IMG/VR virus record: IMGVR_UViG_3300042901_002340
DNA from: a virus
Lineage: Duplodnaviria; Heunggongvirae; Uroviricota; Caudoviricetes
DNA length: 64,000 bases
Direction: 5' to 3' (one strand)
Part shown: piece by piece, positions 39,395 to 48,006 of the stretch
Layout of the letters: the number at the start of each line of letters is the position of its first letter
Numbering within the stretch: position 1 is the first letter of the stretch
Notes under the pieces: generated by a model
What the model saw: the letters and a program-made list of their open reading frames with translations, nothing else
What the model was told of the DNA's origin: nothing
Databases searched by the model: none
Made by a program: the position numbers and the translations under genes

Positions 39395-39468
39395 TGACCC
39401 CGGTCGGGCTCGAACCGACGACTCCCGCATTAAAAGTGCGATGCTCTAGCCAACTGAGCTACGAGGTC
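39395..39468 (-). tRNA. tRNA-Lys(TTT)
   Basis: Cloverleaf. Confidence 0.9.
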
Positions 39469-39645
39469 ATTATTGATAAAGTTGTTTTTGTTTAATAAAC
39501 CTGTCTGGTTTATTAAAACTTTTCCACTTTATCGTATTGATTTAGTTTCCATTATGTCAAAGATCCTTCTTTATCTGCATCGCAAATGTATGAAATGCTT
39601 TCGAATTAAAAAAATATTTTTTAATAATTTTTTTAATTTTATTTG

Positions 39646-39716
39646 TTGGGATACCAGGGTTCGAACCTGGACGAACAGAATCAAAATCTGTGATGCTTCC
39701 ATTACATCATATCCCA
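39646..39716 (-). tRNA. tRNA-Gln(TTG)
   Basis: Cloverleaf, U1-A72. Confidence 0.88.
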
Positions 39717-39728
39717 ATTTAAAAAAAG

Positions 39729-39799
39729 CACGGATAATAGGGGTCGAACCTATATCGGAAGTTTTGGAGACTCCTATGCTACCATTGCACCATACCCGT
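39729..39799 (-). tRNA. tRNA-Trp(CCA)
   Basis: Loop CT-CCA-AA, G73. Confidence 0.88.
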
Positions 39800-39803
39800 T
39801 TGT

Positions 39804-40031
39804 TTACCTAGTTGACTTATGGAACTCGTTGTTCTCTAAAGCCTTTCTAATGTACCTCATAAAGAAGATGGCATTATCTTCAGCTAACAGAGTTGCCTCA
39901 CCTATATCATTCAGTCTAACAGGAAATGTGTGATCTGCTCCTTCAACGAAAACGTTGTAATAAGCGATGTCATTCTTTAGATACGAGAATCTAACTTTGT
40001 TGTTCTTTACGATTTCTTTTATTGTTGCCAT
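39804..40031 (-). CDS. Conserved phage hypothetical protein
   Basis: FPV..DIG.AT.LAED.AIFFMRYIRKA. Confidence 0.65.
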   Translation of the reverse strand: MATIKEIVKNNKVRFSYLKNDIAYYNVFVEGADHTFPVRLNDIGEATLLAEDNAIFFMRYIRKALENNEFHKSTR

Positions 40032-40121
40032 TTCATTTATTTGTTTTTTAGAAAAGACCTATCAGATTAAAAATTCTGTCTTTTGACCCATCAAATTTTT
40101 TATCCTGTCTTTCCTTATTTG

Positions 40122-40195
40122 TCGGGGTAGCCGGACTCGAACCGACGACCTCCTGCTCCCAAAGCAGGCGCGCTAACCAACTGTGCTACACCCCG
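40122..40195 (-). tRNA. tRNA-Pro(TGG)
   Basis: C1-G72, anticodon TGG. Confidence 0.92.
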
Positions 40196-40208
40196 TTAAT
40201 TTCAATTC

Positions 40209-40243
40209 AAAAAAAAAACTCCAGATCTTTTAGGATCTGGAGT
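40209..40243 (-). terminator. Attenuator terminator 2
   Basis: ACTCCAGATC-CTAAAA-GATCTGGAGT followed by a long T-run. Confidence 0.85.
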
Positions 40244-40279
40244 AAAAATATTTAATGCTTATTTGACTAGTGCTTTACA

Positions 40280-40408
40280 TTAAATTATATTGTGACCTCC
40301 AGATCCCTTGCTGTACCCATTATACCATTTGGCAATGCCCACCTGATTAAATGGTGCAACGCTCTGCGGCATAAACGGTTTTACAATATTTCTGAAAGTT
40401 GTTTTCAT
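40280..40408 (-). CDS. Leader peptide 2 (42 aa) MKTTFRNIVKPFMPQSVAPFNQVGIAKWYNGYSKGSGGHNII
   Basis: Manual translation; contains GGATCTGGAG, complementary to the terminator 5' arm. Confidence 0.75.
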   Translation of the reverse strand: MKTTFRNIVKPFMPQSVAPFNQVGIAKWYNGYSKGSGGHNII

Positions 40409-40518
40409 TGTGTTTTTAAATTATAGATTTATATATCTATGTTGATTTTAATATTTTATGCAAATTTAGGAAAAAGTTTCGAATAAAAAAAATTATTTTT
40501 GATTTTTTTTGAATTATT

Positions 40519-40935
40519 TTATTTTTTATACCAGTGTATTAGATTTTCAAAATCCTTGAATTGTGATTCAGCTAATTTAATTTTAGTTTTTGCATACCCA
40601 CCGGTTAATATTAACGTATTTTTATCTATAGTGAATAGTTTTCTTTTATCCCCGCCAACAGATGAATATACCTCTAGATCGTCATCTTTATCAAATGCTT
40701 CGATTTTTTGATTTCTACCAACTTCTATATTTTTTTTAAGTAGGTCAACAAGTTGCATTGCCATTGGATCACTGGAGTCTATTGCTTTTTCATCAGGAAT
40801 ATCTTTATTTCTAGTGTACAGATCTTTTAAAAAATTATATAGCTTATTTGCTGCAATTACTCCAGCCGTTGCTAATCCAACAGATCCGATAATGCTCTCG
40901 TCTATGTAATCTTCAAATATTTTAATGTGTTTCAT
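40519..40935 (-). CDS. Putative internal virion protein
   Basis: MKHIKIFEDYIDES N-terminus. Confidence 0.55.
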   Translation of the reverse strand: MKHIKIFEDYIDESIIGSVGLATAGVIAANKLYNFLKDLYTRNKDIPDEKAIDSSDPMAMQLVDLLKKNIEVGRNQKIEAFDKDDDLEVYSSVGGDKRKLFTIDKNTLILTGGYAKTKIKLAESQFKDFENLIHWYKK

Positions 40936-41234
40936 TTCTTTGTTTTTTTTGATATTTTATATATACTGATTGATTTTGCAAATTTATAAAATCATTCCGT
41001 GATAAATAAATCGGTTTCGATTTATTTTGCTATTTTTATTAAATTTAGTTCAGGTTATATAATTCATTTATCTCGTACGAAAATATACATATTTCTGATC
41101 TGTTGGCACTATCCTCGCTTATTATGTCATCATTAATCAATGCATCAAGTAGTTTATCGTCCGGATTTTTTTCGCTTATTGACACCTGAATTGTACCCTT
41201 CAAAAGCTTTAATATGTTTCATTTTTAATTTTAT

Positions 41235-42095
41235 TTATAGTAATAGTAAACATGCTGCTAGTGCTGCAAGAATTATAATACCAGCAACTTTTAATACCTT
41301 AATGACTTTATTAATAAAATTTGGAATGTAACCCCTTTTACTTACCGTTGCTGGTATTTCCTGAGATACCTTCTTAGCAGCGGATGCCATTGTGAATGGT
41401 CTGGTTTTCCTTCCTCCCCAATTTTTACCCATCTCCGGGAGCTCCTCACTATCTATATGTATGGAGATGATCTCAGGGATTAGTTGTCTTTTTGCTCTTC
41501 TGAACTTCTTAGCAAACATAACATCTGACCTATCTACCTCTCCATGTTCTTTTGGGTATTCAAAAACACCGGAAGCTTTAGGGTTCCACATCTGAAAGAA
41601 TCCTATTGGTTCCCATCCTTTGCTTTTATATTCTGCTATTCTAACCCCAAGAGGGAATGCTGTAGTGTGGACATATATCCACCCCTCGTGCATGGGCTGT
41701 GGGCTCTCCAGAAAACTAATCCATGACTCGTAAGATGGACACATCATTCGGTCTACTCCATATATGGTTTCCTTGTCGAGCTCAAGATTCTCCAAGATCG
41801 ATCTTGTTAACGGCGGCAAATAAATGTCAGAATCCAGATGTACAACCCAACCGTCCATATCCAGATGTTTTAAACCCTCATTGATGCCCTTGCCCTTATT
41901 TATCTTGTGTCCATTTTCATAGAATGCATCAGTTTGTACACATGTGACATTATAAAAATCACAGAGTTCTTTGGTTTTGGTGTCCTTAGTATCTGTTACG
42001 ACAACGAGTTTATTAAAGTGATTTTTGTTGTGTGGGAGAGTGTGTGCTAAAAAATCACTATAATTAACACAAACGGTTACTGCCTCTATTTTCAT
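41235..42095 (-). CDS. GT-A glycosyltransferase-like protein with C-terminal membrane anchor
   Basis: VTVCVNYSDFL, NKGKGIN, HLDSDI, GFFQ; hydrophobic tail. Confidence 0.7.
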   Translation of the reverse strand: MKIEAVTVCVNYSDFLAHTLPHNKNHFNKLVVVTDTKDTKTKELCDFYNVTCVQTDAFYENGHKINKGKGINEGLKHLDMDGWVVHLDSDIYLPPLTRSILENLELDKETIYGVDRMMCPSYESWISFLESPQPMHEGWIYVHTTAFPLGVRIAEYKSKGWEPIGFFQMWNPKASGVFEYPKEHGEVDRSDVMFAKKFRRAKRQLIPEIISIHIDSEELPEMGKNWGGRKTRPFTMASAAKKVSQEIPATVSKRGYIPNFINKVIKVLKVAGIIILAALAACLLLL

Positions 42096-42105
42096 TTTTT
42101 TCTAT

Positions 42106-42915
42106 TTATTTTTTCTTCCATTCTCTTTTGGAATCCTTTGCTGCAGCTTTGGATATACCACAATCTGTAGATTTAAAATTTGGACTTTGTAAACCATCCA
42201 GAGTAACATAATCCTGCTTACCTTGTTTCTCTATTTTTCTCCTGTATTTCTTAAGATTTACCCTTACCTTGATCTTCTTATTATCGTAGGTTATTTCTCG
42301 GTAAACTATATCCTTGTATTCTCCCGGGTCTGCCGCTTCTTCCTTGCATCCCTCCATATAGTCTGTGTCGTTAATCTCCTCCGAGAATCCAGCTCTTATT
42401 GCACCGTTTATAAATAGATCTTCATTTTTCTTGCGTTGTGCTTCCCTTTTGATTTTAGCATCATCTCTTAGCACTGCTTTTTTCTTTAATGCTACCTGAA
42501 ATGATGATAATTTTGTTCCCGATGTGGATATTTTGAGTATGGTTGTAGTTTTATATTTTCCACCCTCCATTACAGTTTTTTGATCAATTATCTCATATGC
42601 TAATTCTCCCCCTTCCTTTATATCCCTTGCAAGGTCAGCAATTGCTCTAGATAGAGATATATCTTTCGATAAGGACATATCTGGTGATATACCAACACCA
42701 ACACCATTTATTTCTTGAGTCTCTACCTTCCCTGTATTTGCTTTCTGTATATCGGTTTTGTCCTGTGCTGTGATATCAGGTGATGCTAGAAGTGCAGCTA
42801 CAAGGGCACCAGTTGCTGCTCCTTTTTTTGCTTTAATTAGGATATCCGCTAGAAGATCTTCATTGAGAGGATCATTTGTATATTCAAATTCTTCGAATAA
42901 TTGTAGATGTTTCAT
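42106..42915 (-). CDS. Putative internal virion protein
   Basis: MKHLQLFEEF N-terminus. Confidence 0.5.
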   Translation of the reverse strand: MKHLQLFEEFEYTNDPLNEDLLADILIKAKKGAATGALVAALLASPDITAQDKTDIQKANTGKVETQEINGVGVGISPDMSLSKDISLSRAIADLARDIKEGGELAYEIIDQKTVMEGGKYKTTTILKISTSGTKLSSFQVALKKKAVLRDDAKIKREAQRKKNEDLFINGAIRAGFSEEINDTDYMEGCKEEAADPGEYKDIVYREITYDNKKIKVRVNLKKYRRKIEKQGKQDYVTLDGLQSPNFKSTDCGISKAAAKDSKREWKKK

Positions 42916-42916
42916 A

Positions 42917-43453
42917 CTATTGTTTTTTTACGTAAACTAAATATGCTACAATGAAGTAAATTAATGCGGACATTAATATGTAGTGTATATCCTTTAGCTC
43001 GATAAGACATGATGCACCTTTTATGGCTATCATTCCTATCATGGTTGCATATGCTCCGAATCTTGCATCTGAAAAATCTGCCTTAGATCCCTTAAATAGA
43101 CCAAGAACGAATTCTCTTCCCGCTTGTATCATGAATGATCCAAGTGTTATTAGAACAAATTGTTGCCAGAAGCTATCGAAGCTCTGTATATCAAATACAC
43201 TTATAAGAGCAGTAAATGCTGTACCTAATCCAACCAATCCGTGGAGATGCCATCTGTTTTTCTTTATTCCTGCAAATCCTTTTTCTTTTACTGTTTGGTA
43301 GTCGCTCTTAAATCCGTTTTTGATATTTTCCACTAATTCATCTAGTGCTGATATATCAATCACTTTAAATTTTCCTAGAAGGTAGAAAAATAGGAAAAAT
43401 CCGACTATAAATAATAATTCTTGCATAATAGTATTTTTTATACTATATATCAA
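42917..43453 (-). CDS. Multi-pass membrane protein
   Basis: Several hydrophobic helices. Confidence 0.65.
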   Translation of the reverse strand: MIYSIKNTIMQELLFIVGFFLFFYLLGKFKVIDISALDELVENIKNGFKSDYQTVKEKGFAGIKKNRWHLHGLVGLGTAFTALISVFDIQSFDSFWQQFVLITLGSFMIQAGREFVLGLFKGSKADFSDARFGAYATMIGMIAIKGASCLIELKDIHYILMSALIYFIVAYLVYVKKQ

Positions 43454-43465
43454 GAATGTGTGATC

Positions 43466-43888
43466 TTATTTATGAATATGCTTCCATTTGGCTCTGATGC
43501 AGGTTTGTTGGGTTCTTCTTTCTTTGAGATACATGTTGATGTATCCAATCATGTTGCCACAGCCTATTGGATTGGCACTATGGACATAACATTGGGGAAG
43601 ATCCAGATTGGCTTCTCTTGCATGTCCAACCAACCACCAAACCACACACATACCTGTTCTTTCCGTGATTGAATCGTAGTTAATATCGTAATTGAATCTC
43701 GTGTGGGTAAAAAAGTGATTGATAGCTGATGGACCAAGGTCGTGGTCCAGAGATATCATTTCCACGTTGTTTAGACCAGTCTTAGTGACCAAATCAACGA
43801 ATTGATCATAATCTCTTACTATGGTCCATTCTTTCCCTAAGGGGTGTTCTAATGGCGTTCTAGTATCGTCTAAGTAGATTGAGATCAT
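43466..43888 (-). CDS. Cyclic-phosphate-processing receiver-like domain protein
   Basis: IYLDD.R.P, ISLDHDLG and VHSANPIG motifs. Confidence 0.75.
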   Translation of the reverse strand: MISIYLDDTRTPLEHPLGKEWTIVRDYDQFVDLVTKTGLNNVEMISLDHDLGPSAINHFFTHTRFNYDINYDSITERTGMCVVWWLVGHAREANLDLPQCYVHSANPIGCGNMIGYINMYLKERRTQQTCIRAKWKHIHK

Positions 43889-43907
43889 TGGTGTGTTTTA
43901 TATTTTG

Positions 43908-43983
43908 TACCCCCGGTGGGAGTCGAACCCACAAAATCTCCTGATCCTAAGTCAGGCGGCTTTTCCAGTTTGCCCACGGGGGC
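43908..43983 (-). tRNA. tRNA-Leu(TAG) lacking a long variable arm
   Basis: Loop CT-TAG-GA, 7-nt variable region. Confidence 0.85.
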
Positions 43984-44132
43984 TTGTTATTATTGATTTT
44001 TAATATCTTTAATGTCCGCTATAATTTTATTAGCTTTAGCTGTCTCTGCTGGTGTACACTCTCTCATTGACTGCCATGCTTTCTTAAAATCGTCTGAATT
44101 TTTAATTTTCGACATGTCTGTCTTCACTGTTT

Positions 44133-44381
44133 TCATTTGTACTGTTTTTTTCTTGTGTGTTTCCAGGTTCTGTAAGTTCTAGCATCAAAGGTAGAAATTA
44201 TTTTACCATTTCCGTGCCTCCCTTTCTTTTTCATTGACATAGGAGAACAATCATAATAGAAGCTTCCAGCTCTTTTGCAACATATAAAGCAGTAATCATA
44301 TTCATGCTTTAAGTATGTTAATTTATACTCTCTTGGAGTTAAACATTTGTTGAGCTTTGCTCTGTTTTTGTTTCTTGACAT
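44133..44381 (-). CDS. Small basic Cys-containing hypothetical protein
   Basis: MSRNK...RTWKHTRKKQYK; preceded by a uORF-hairpin element. Confidence 0.6.
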   Translation of the reverse strand: MSRNKNRAKLNKCLTPREYKLTYLKHEYDYCFICCKRAGSFYYDCSPMSMKKKGRHGNGKIISTFDARTYRTWKHTRKKQYK

Positions 44382-44443
44382 TTTGCATTTGGTTATATTA
44401 AACCTAATGCATATCGTATTTCTTTTTCATTTTTAATTATTTG

Positions 44444-44517
44444 TGACCCCGGAAGGATTCGAACCTTCGACCTACTCATTAGAAGTGAGTTGCTCTATCC
44501 AGCTGAGCTACGGGGCC
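44444..44517 (-). tRNA. tRNA-Arg(TCT)
   Basis: Cloverleaf, A20. Confidence 0.92.
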
Positions 44518-44647
44518 AGTGTTATTTTTTTTAATTGCATTGCAAATATATGAAATCCTTTCGAGATAAAAAAATCTTTTTGAATCTTTTTTAAATTAAA
44601 AAGGGTCTAGTAAAACTAGACCCTTTAGATATAAATCTTATTTTGAT

Positions 44648-44827
44648 TTATGCCTTTGTTGTGTCTACTTTAACTGCTGTTGTGTCTACTGTTGTAGTAT
44701 CAACTTTAGTTGTATCAACCGCTGTGGTGTCAACCGGTGCATCAGTAGAATCTTTAGCGTCTACATGTTTGCATGATGTCAGGCTCAGCGAGAAGAGTAC
44801 TGCAAGTAAGAATAGTGTCCTTTTCAT
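44648..44827 (-). CDS. Small lipoprotein with VDTT repeats
   Basis: MKRTLFLL...LTSC lipobox followed by VDTT repeats. Confidence 0.7.
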   Translation of the reverse strand: MKRTLFLLAVLFSLSLTSCKHVDAKDSTDAPVDTTAVDTTKVDTTTVDTTAVKVDTTKA

Positions 44828-44913
44828 TTTTGTAATTTTTTTAATGTTTAGAGATTTTATATATCGATAATTATACCAAAAATTTGGATTTTGTTTCAAT
44901 TTCCAAATTTTTT

Positions 44914-45366
44914 CTATTTACATATGGAATCCGCAATGGAGATTGACCAGTTAGATGCACTTTTGTACCTAGCCTTTAGACCCATGCCCTCTATTAGACC
45001 AACAGCAGATCTTAACAAAGTGTTCGATTGGTGTCTTGGGTCTGGATTAAGATCGATGTCAATGAAGTCGGGGGTTTGCCCAGCATTCTCCATTATTTCA
45101 TGTGCAGTTTCTGCACTCAATTCAATCTCCTTCCACAGCCTTTCATACCTAGCTTGTATTCTAGGTATTGTTATCTTGCTGTAAAGCACGTGTCCTCCCC
45201 TGTTTGGTTGATGTAATACAATAACCGTAGCGAATGTCGTAGTGCCATTGTGATTTTGTGAATCACACCCTATGTAGATCTTATCTTCAGGGTTGTTTGC
45301 CATCCAATCAGCTAAGTAGCTAGATAGGTCGATGGACTTTTTCGTAGTTAGGCTTTTCCATTCCAT
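44914..45366 (-). CDS. RNase H-like YkuK (DUF458) family protein
   Basis: IYIGCDSQ, RLWKE, IDIDLN and ADSIC motifs. Confidence 0.8.
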   Translation of the reverse strand: MEWKSLTTKKSIDLSSYLADWMANNPEDKIYIGCDSQNHNGTTTFATVIVLHQPNRGGHVLYSKITIPRIQARYERLWKEIELSAETAHEIMENAGQTPDFIDIDLNPDPRHQSNTLLRSAVGLIEGMGLKARYKSASNWSISIADSICK

Positions 45367-45472
45367 GGTTAAAAATATTTATTGATTTATTTAAGCTATA
45401 TATTGATATTTTGTTTCTGTATACGATAAAGAATTTCAGTATCGTGATATATAATCAAAATAATTTAATTAT

Positions 45473-46063
45473 ATGGAACCAAGAGTATTAAATCTTAGTG
45501 CATTTGGCGAGGTTATAGATAACCCAAAGAATAAGCAAAATAGAGAACTTCCTCAGGAGCCACAGAAAGCATTACCCCCTGCCGATGTTGATGATTTTAA
45601 ATATGCCGATTCACCAGAAAGCGATTTTGATTTTAAATCAGTAGTTAGATCTAAAAAAGTATCTGATGATAACGGATCTAAATATGGTAAAGTTGTTAGT
45701 AAGCTTCTTCAGAATATCTCACAGACAAAATTGCTTCATTGGCAGTGTCTATTATACGGTCAACATAAAGCTCTTAATAAACTTTTTGATGTCCTTGTTG
45801 ATAAGGGTGACACTCTAATTGAGGCAGTAATGGGTAAATACGGTAGACCAACATTGGGTGACGATGATCTAAACATAAAACTTTACAATTTTGTCGATCC
45901 GAAGGAGGGAGATCTTACTGAATTTATGGAACATCTTTACCAGTGCTATAGAGTTGATTGTAGATCATACTTTGACGAGGAAAAAGATAGTGAAATTGTT
46001 AATATTATTGATGAGATCATTGGATCAATAGATCAAACTAAGTATCTTATTTCACTTAGATAA
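45473..46063 (+). CDS. Ferritin/Dps-like (DUF5856-type) protein
   Basis: KLLHWQ..YGQHKAL..D.LIE..MGKYGR..KYLISLR. Confidence 0.7.
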   Translation: MEPRVLNLSAFGEVIDNPKNKQNRELPQEPQKALPPADVDDFKYADSPESDFDFKSVVRSKKVSDDNGSKYGKVVSKLLQNISQTKLLHWQCLLYGQHKALNKLFDVLVDKGDTLIEAVMGKYGRPTLGDDDLNIKLYNFVDPKEGDLTEFMEHLYQCYRVDCRSYFDEEKDSEIVNIIDEIIGSIDQTKYLISLR

Positions 46064-46065
46064 TA

Positions 46066-46803
46066 CTAGTAAACGTTAGAATCTGTAGGGTTCTTTATCA
46101 TTATTATGGTGTGACAGCAAAGAACTTCATATTTCCACATGCCTGACAATGTTTCATACTTTTTAGATATTATAAACATGGTACTAGATCCAAATTTCCA
46201 ATTGCCATACTCATGTATGGCATTTTTGTGATCTGGTGAATTGAGGTAACCATTTAAAAATTTGTCGCAATTAGAGAAATCACCCTTCTTCTCCGAATAG
46301 TTTAAATATTTTTTTAGCACCTCTTTGTTCTCCATGCTGCTATTTTCACTTTTGAATGAGTATGAACATTGAATAAAAAGCTCAGAACTCCAAACTAAAT
46401 TATTCTTCTTCAATATTGGAAGATTATTTTTATCTGGAAATATGCACCCCTTTGGTTCTCTGAATACCTTAGGATTATCATATAATCTTTTATGTGCTCT
46501 TGCACCATATGGAATATGATCAAGAAGTTCGCTAAATGATGTATTCTTAGATGACTCCTTAAATACCAACATTGAATATTCGCTCCTGCCCGCTGCAACA
46601 GTATCCAAAACCTGGTCTCTCTCTATTATCCTTCTTTTTCCTGTTTTCCCGTAAAAGTATTTAGCTGTATACTTTTTAAAATAATTGCTAAAGTGCTCAT
46701 CCATGGATTCATTTAGATATATCTTGGAGTAAGTTTTCGTTGTGCTTTGGGATACCACTGACAGTGATAATAATAAAGCACATATTAATAATATTTTTCT
46801 CAT
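46066..46803 (-). CDS. Secreted protein, possible CAP-like domain
   Basis: Signal peptide MRKILLIC...; NSPDHKNAI motif. Confidence 0.5.
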   Translation of the reverse strand: MRKILLICALLLSLSVVSQSTTKTYSKIYLNESMDEHFSNYFKKYTAKYFYGKTGKRRIIERDQVLDTVAAGRSEYSMLVFKESSKNTSFSELLDHIPYGARAHKRLYDNPKVFREPKGCIFPDKNNLPILKKNNLVWSSELFIQCSYSFKSENSSMENKEVLKKYLNYSEKKGDFSNCDKFLNGYLNSPDHKNAIHEYGNWKFGSSTMFIISKKYETLSGMWKYEVLCCHTIIMIKNPTDSNVY

Positions 46804-46855
46804 GTCTTTTGTTTTACAATGCAAGATTAATAAATTATCTCGGAATAAAAAAATT

Positions 46856-47410
46856 CTAGCCTATTATTTCATATATTTTTTCATGAATAAAATTCAATCT
46901 GAATTTAGGAAGTGATAGAATTCCAAGAATTGCTCCTATTATATGGACTGTGTGTGCTATTTCGTCATTTCCACCAAGTCCTGCAAATTCAGCTATGATT
47001 ATCGATGAAATTATGAAATACCCAACAAGTTTTAATCTTTTTAGTGATAGTAGTCCTCTAGCTAACAGAAAGTAGCATGTTCCTGATATTCCTATTGAAG
47101 CGAATCTTGAATCTATCAATATGATTGGTAGATACAAAAGTGCTATCAGAGATGTAATCCAGAATATTCTTTCATATGTGTAGAATCTGTTGCATCGCAT
47201 GTTTAGAGATAAGAATATGCCGAAGATATTCCAGAATAGATGATTGAAGTTGGAATGTAATAATCCACTAGTAAATGGATTTATTGCAAAATAGTATGCA
47301 CACTTGTCACCAAATATAATCTCTATTACAATATAAAATAGAGTGGTCAATAAACAAATCGATGCGATCTGTACAGTGGTGACAATTGAGAATTTTATTT
47401 GATCTTCCAT
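46856..47410 (-). CDS. Rhomboid-family intramembrane protease
   Basis: H..FNHLFWN, GISG and AHTVHIIG motifs. Confidence 0.75.
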   Translation of the reverse strand: MEDQIKFSIVTTVQIASICLLTTLFYIVIEIIFGDKCAYYFAINPFTSGLLHSNFNHLFWNIFGIFLSLNMRCNRFYTYERIFWITSLIALLYLPIILIDSRFASIGISGTCYFLLARGLLSLKRLKLVGYFIISSIIIAEFAGLGGNDEIAHTVHIIGAILGILSLPKFRLNFIHEKIYEIIG

Positions 47411-47487
47411 ATTTTTATTTTTTGCAAGAATAAATAAAAATCACGGAATAAAAAAATAGGGATGAATCTTTTTGATCCTCCCTATTT

Positions 47488-47730
47488 TTAACAAATTTTG
47501 CTATCTAGTTTTTTTATAAATAAATCCGGGTCAATTTCGGAATGCTCTGAAATGCTTATTCTTATCGTGGCAACGTCCCTTTCATATTCAACATCACATT
47601 CGCATTTATTTTTATATTCCTCGTGGATTTCATCAAATAGTTCTATGACTTCCTGATTATAACCCTTAACACTAAACTCTCTTACGTGTCTGGATTCCTT
47701 ATTGTATCTTGCAGTTAATACTATGGACAT
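47488..47730 (-). CDS. Hypothetical protein
   Basis: ORF track. Confidence 0.55.
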   Translation of the reverse strand: MSIVLTARYNKESRHVREFSVKGYNQEVIELFDEIHEEYKNKCECDVEYERDVATIRISISEHSEIDPDLFIKKLDSKIC

Positions 47731-47737
47731 GGATCTA

Positions 47738-47947
47738 TTATTTTTTATTTTTGAATTCTATGGCTGCCTCAACGAAATCTTCCTCTGTTAGATTCCATTT
47801 CTTTTTAGATTTGCTAAGAAATTGTTTTGCCCCCTCGTAGGTGTGTTTACCCTTGGTTTCAAAATATTTTTGTAGATCCGCATATATTGCTGGACTTATT
47901 CCCTTTGCTTCAAATAGGAAATCTGGGTAGTTTTTTATGTTTTCCAT
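47738..47947 (-). CDS. Putative internal virion protein
   Basis: MENIKNYPDFLFEA N-terminus. Confidence 0.5.
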   Translation of the reverse strand: MENIKNYPDFLFEAKGISPAIYADLQKYFETKGKHTYEGAKQFLSKSKKKWNLTEEDFVEAAIEFKNKK

Positions 47948-48006
47948 TATTGATGATTAATTTTTAGATATATATATATCAAAAATTAATCTATATTGAA
48001 TAACTT

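Noticed and set aside
39490-39553. Third attenuator (METKSIR uORF plus hairpin before tRNA-Lys)
   Set aside because: The hairpin is AT-rich with no U-tract, no antiterminator complement was found, and the codons do not match the downstream tRNAs.
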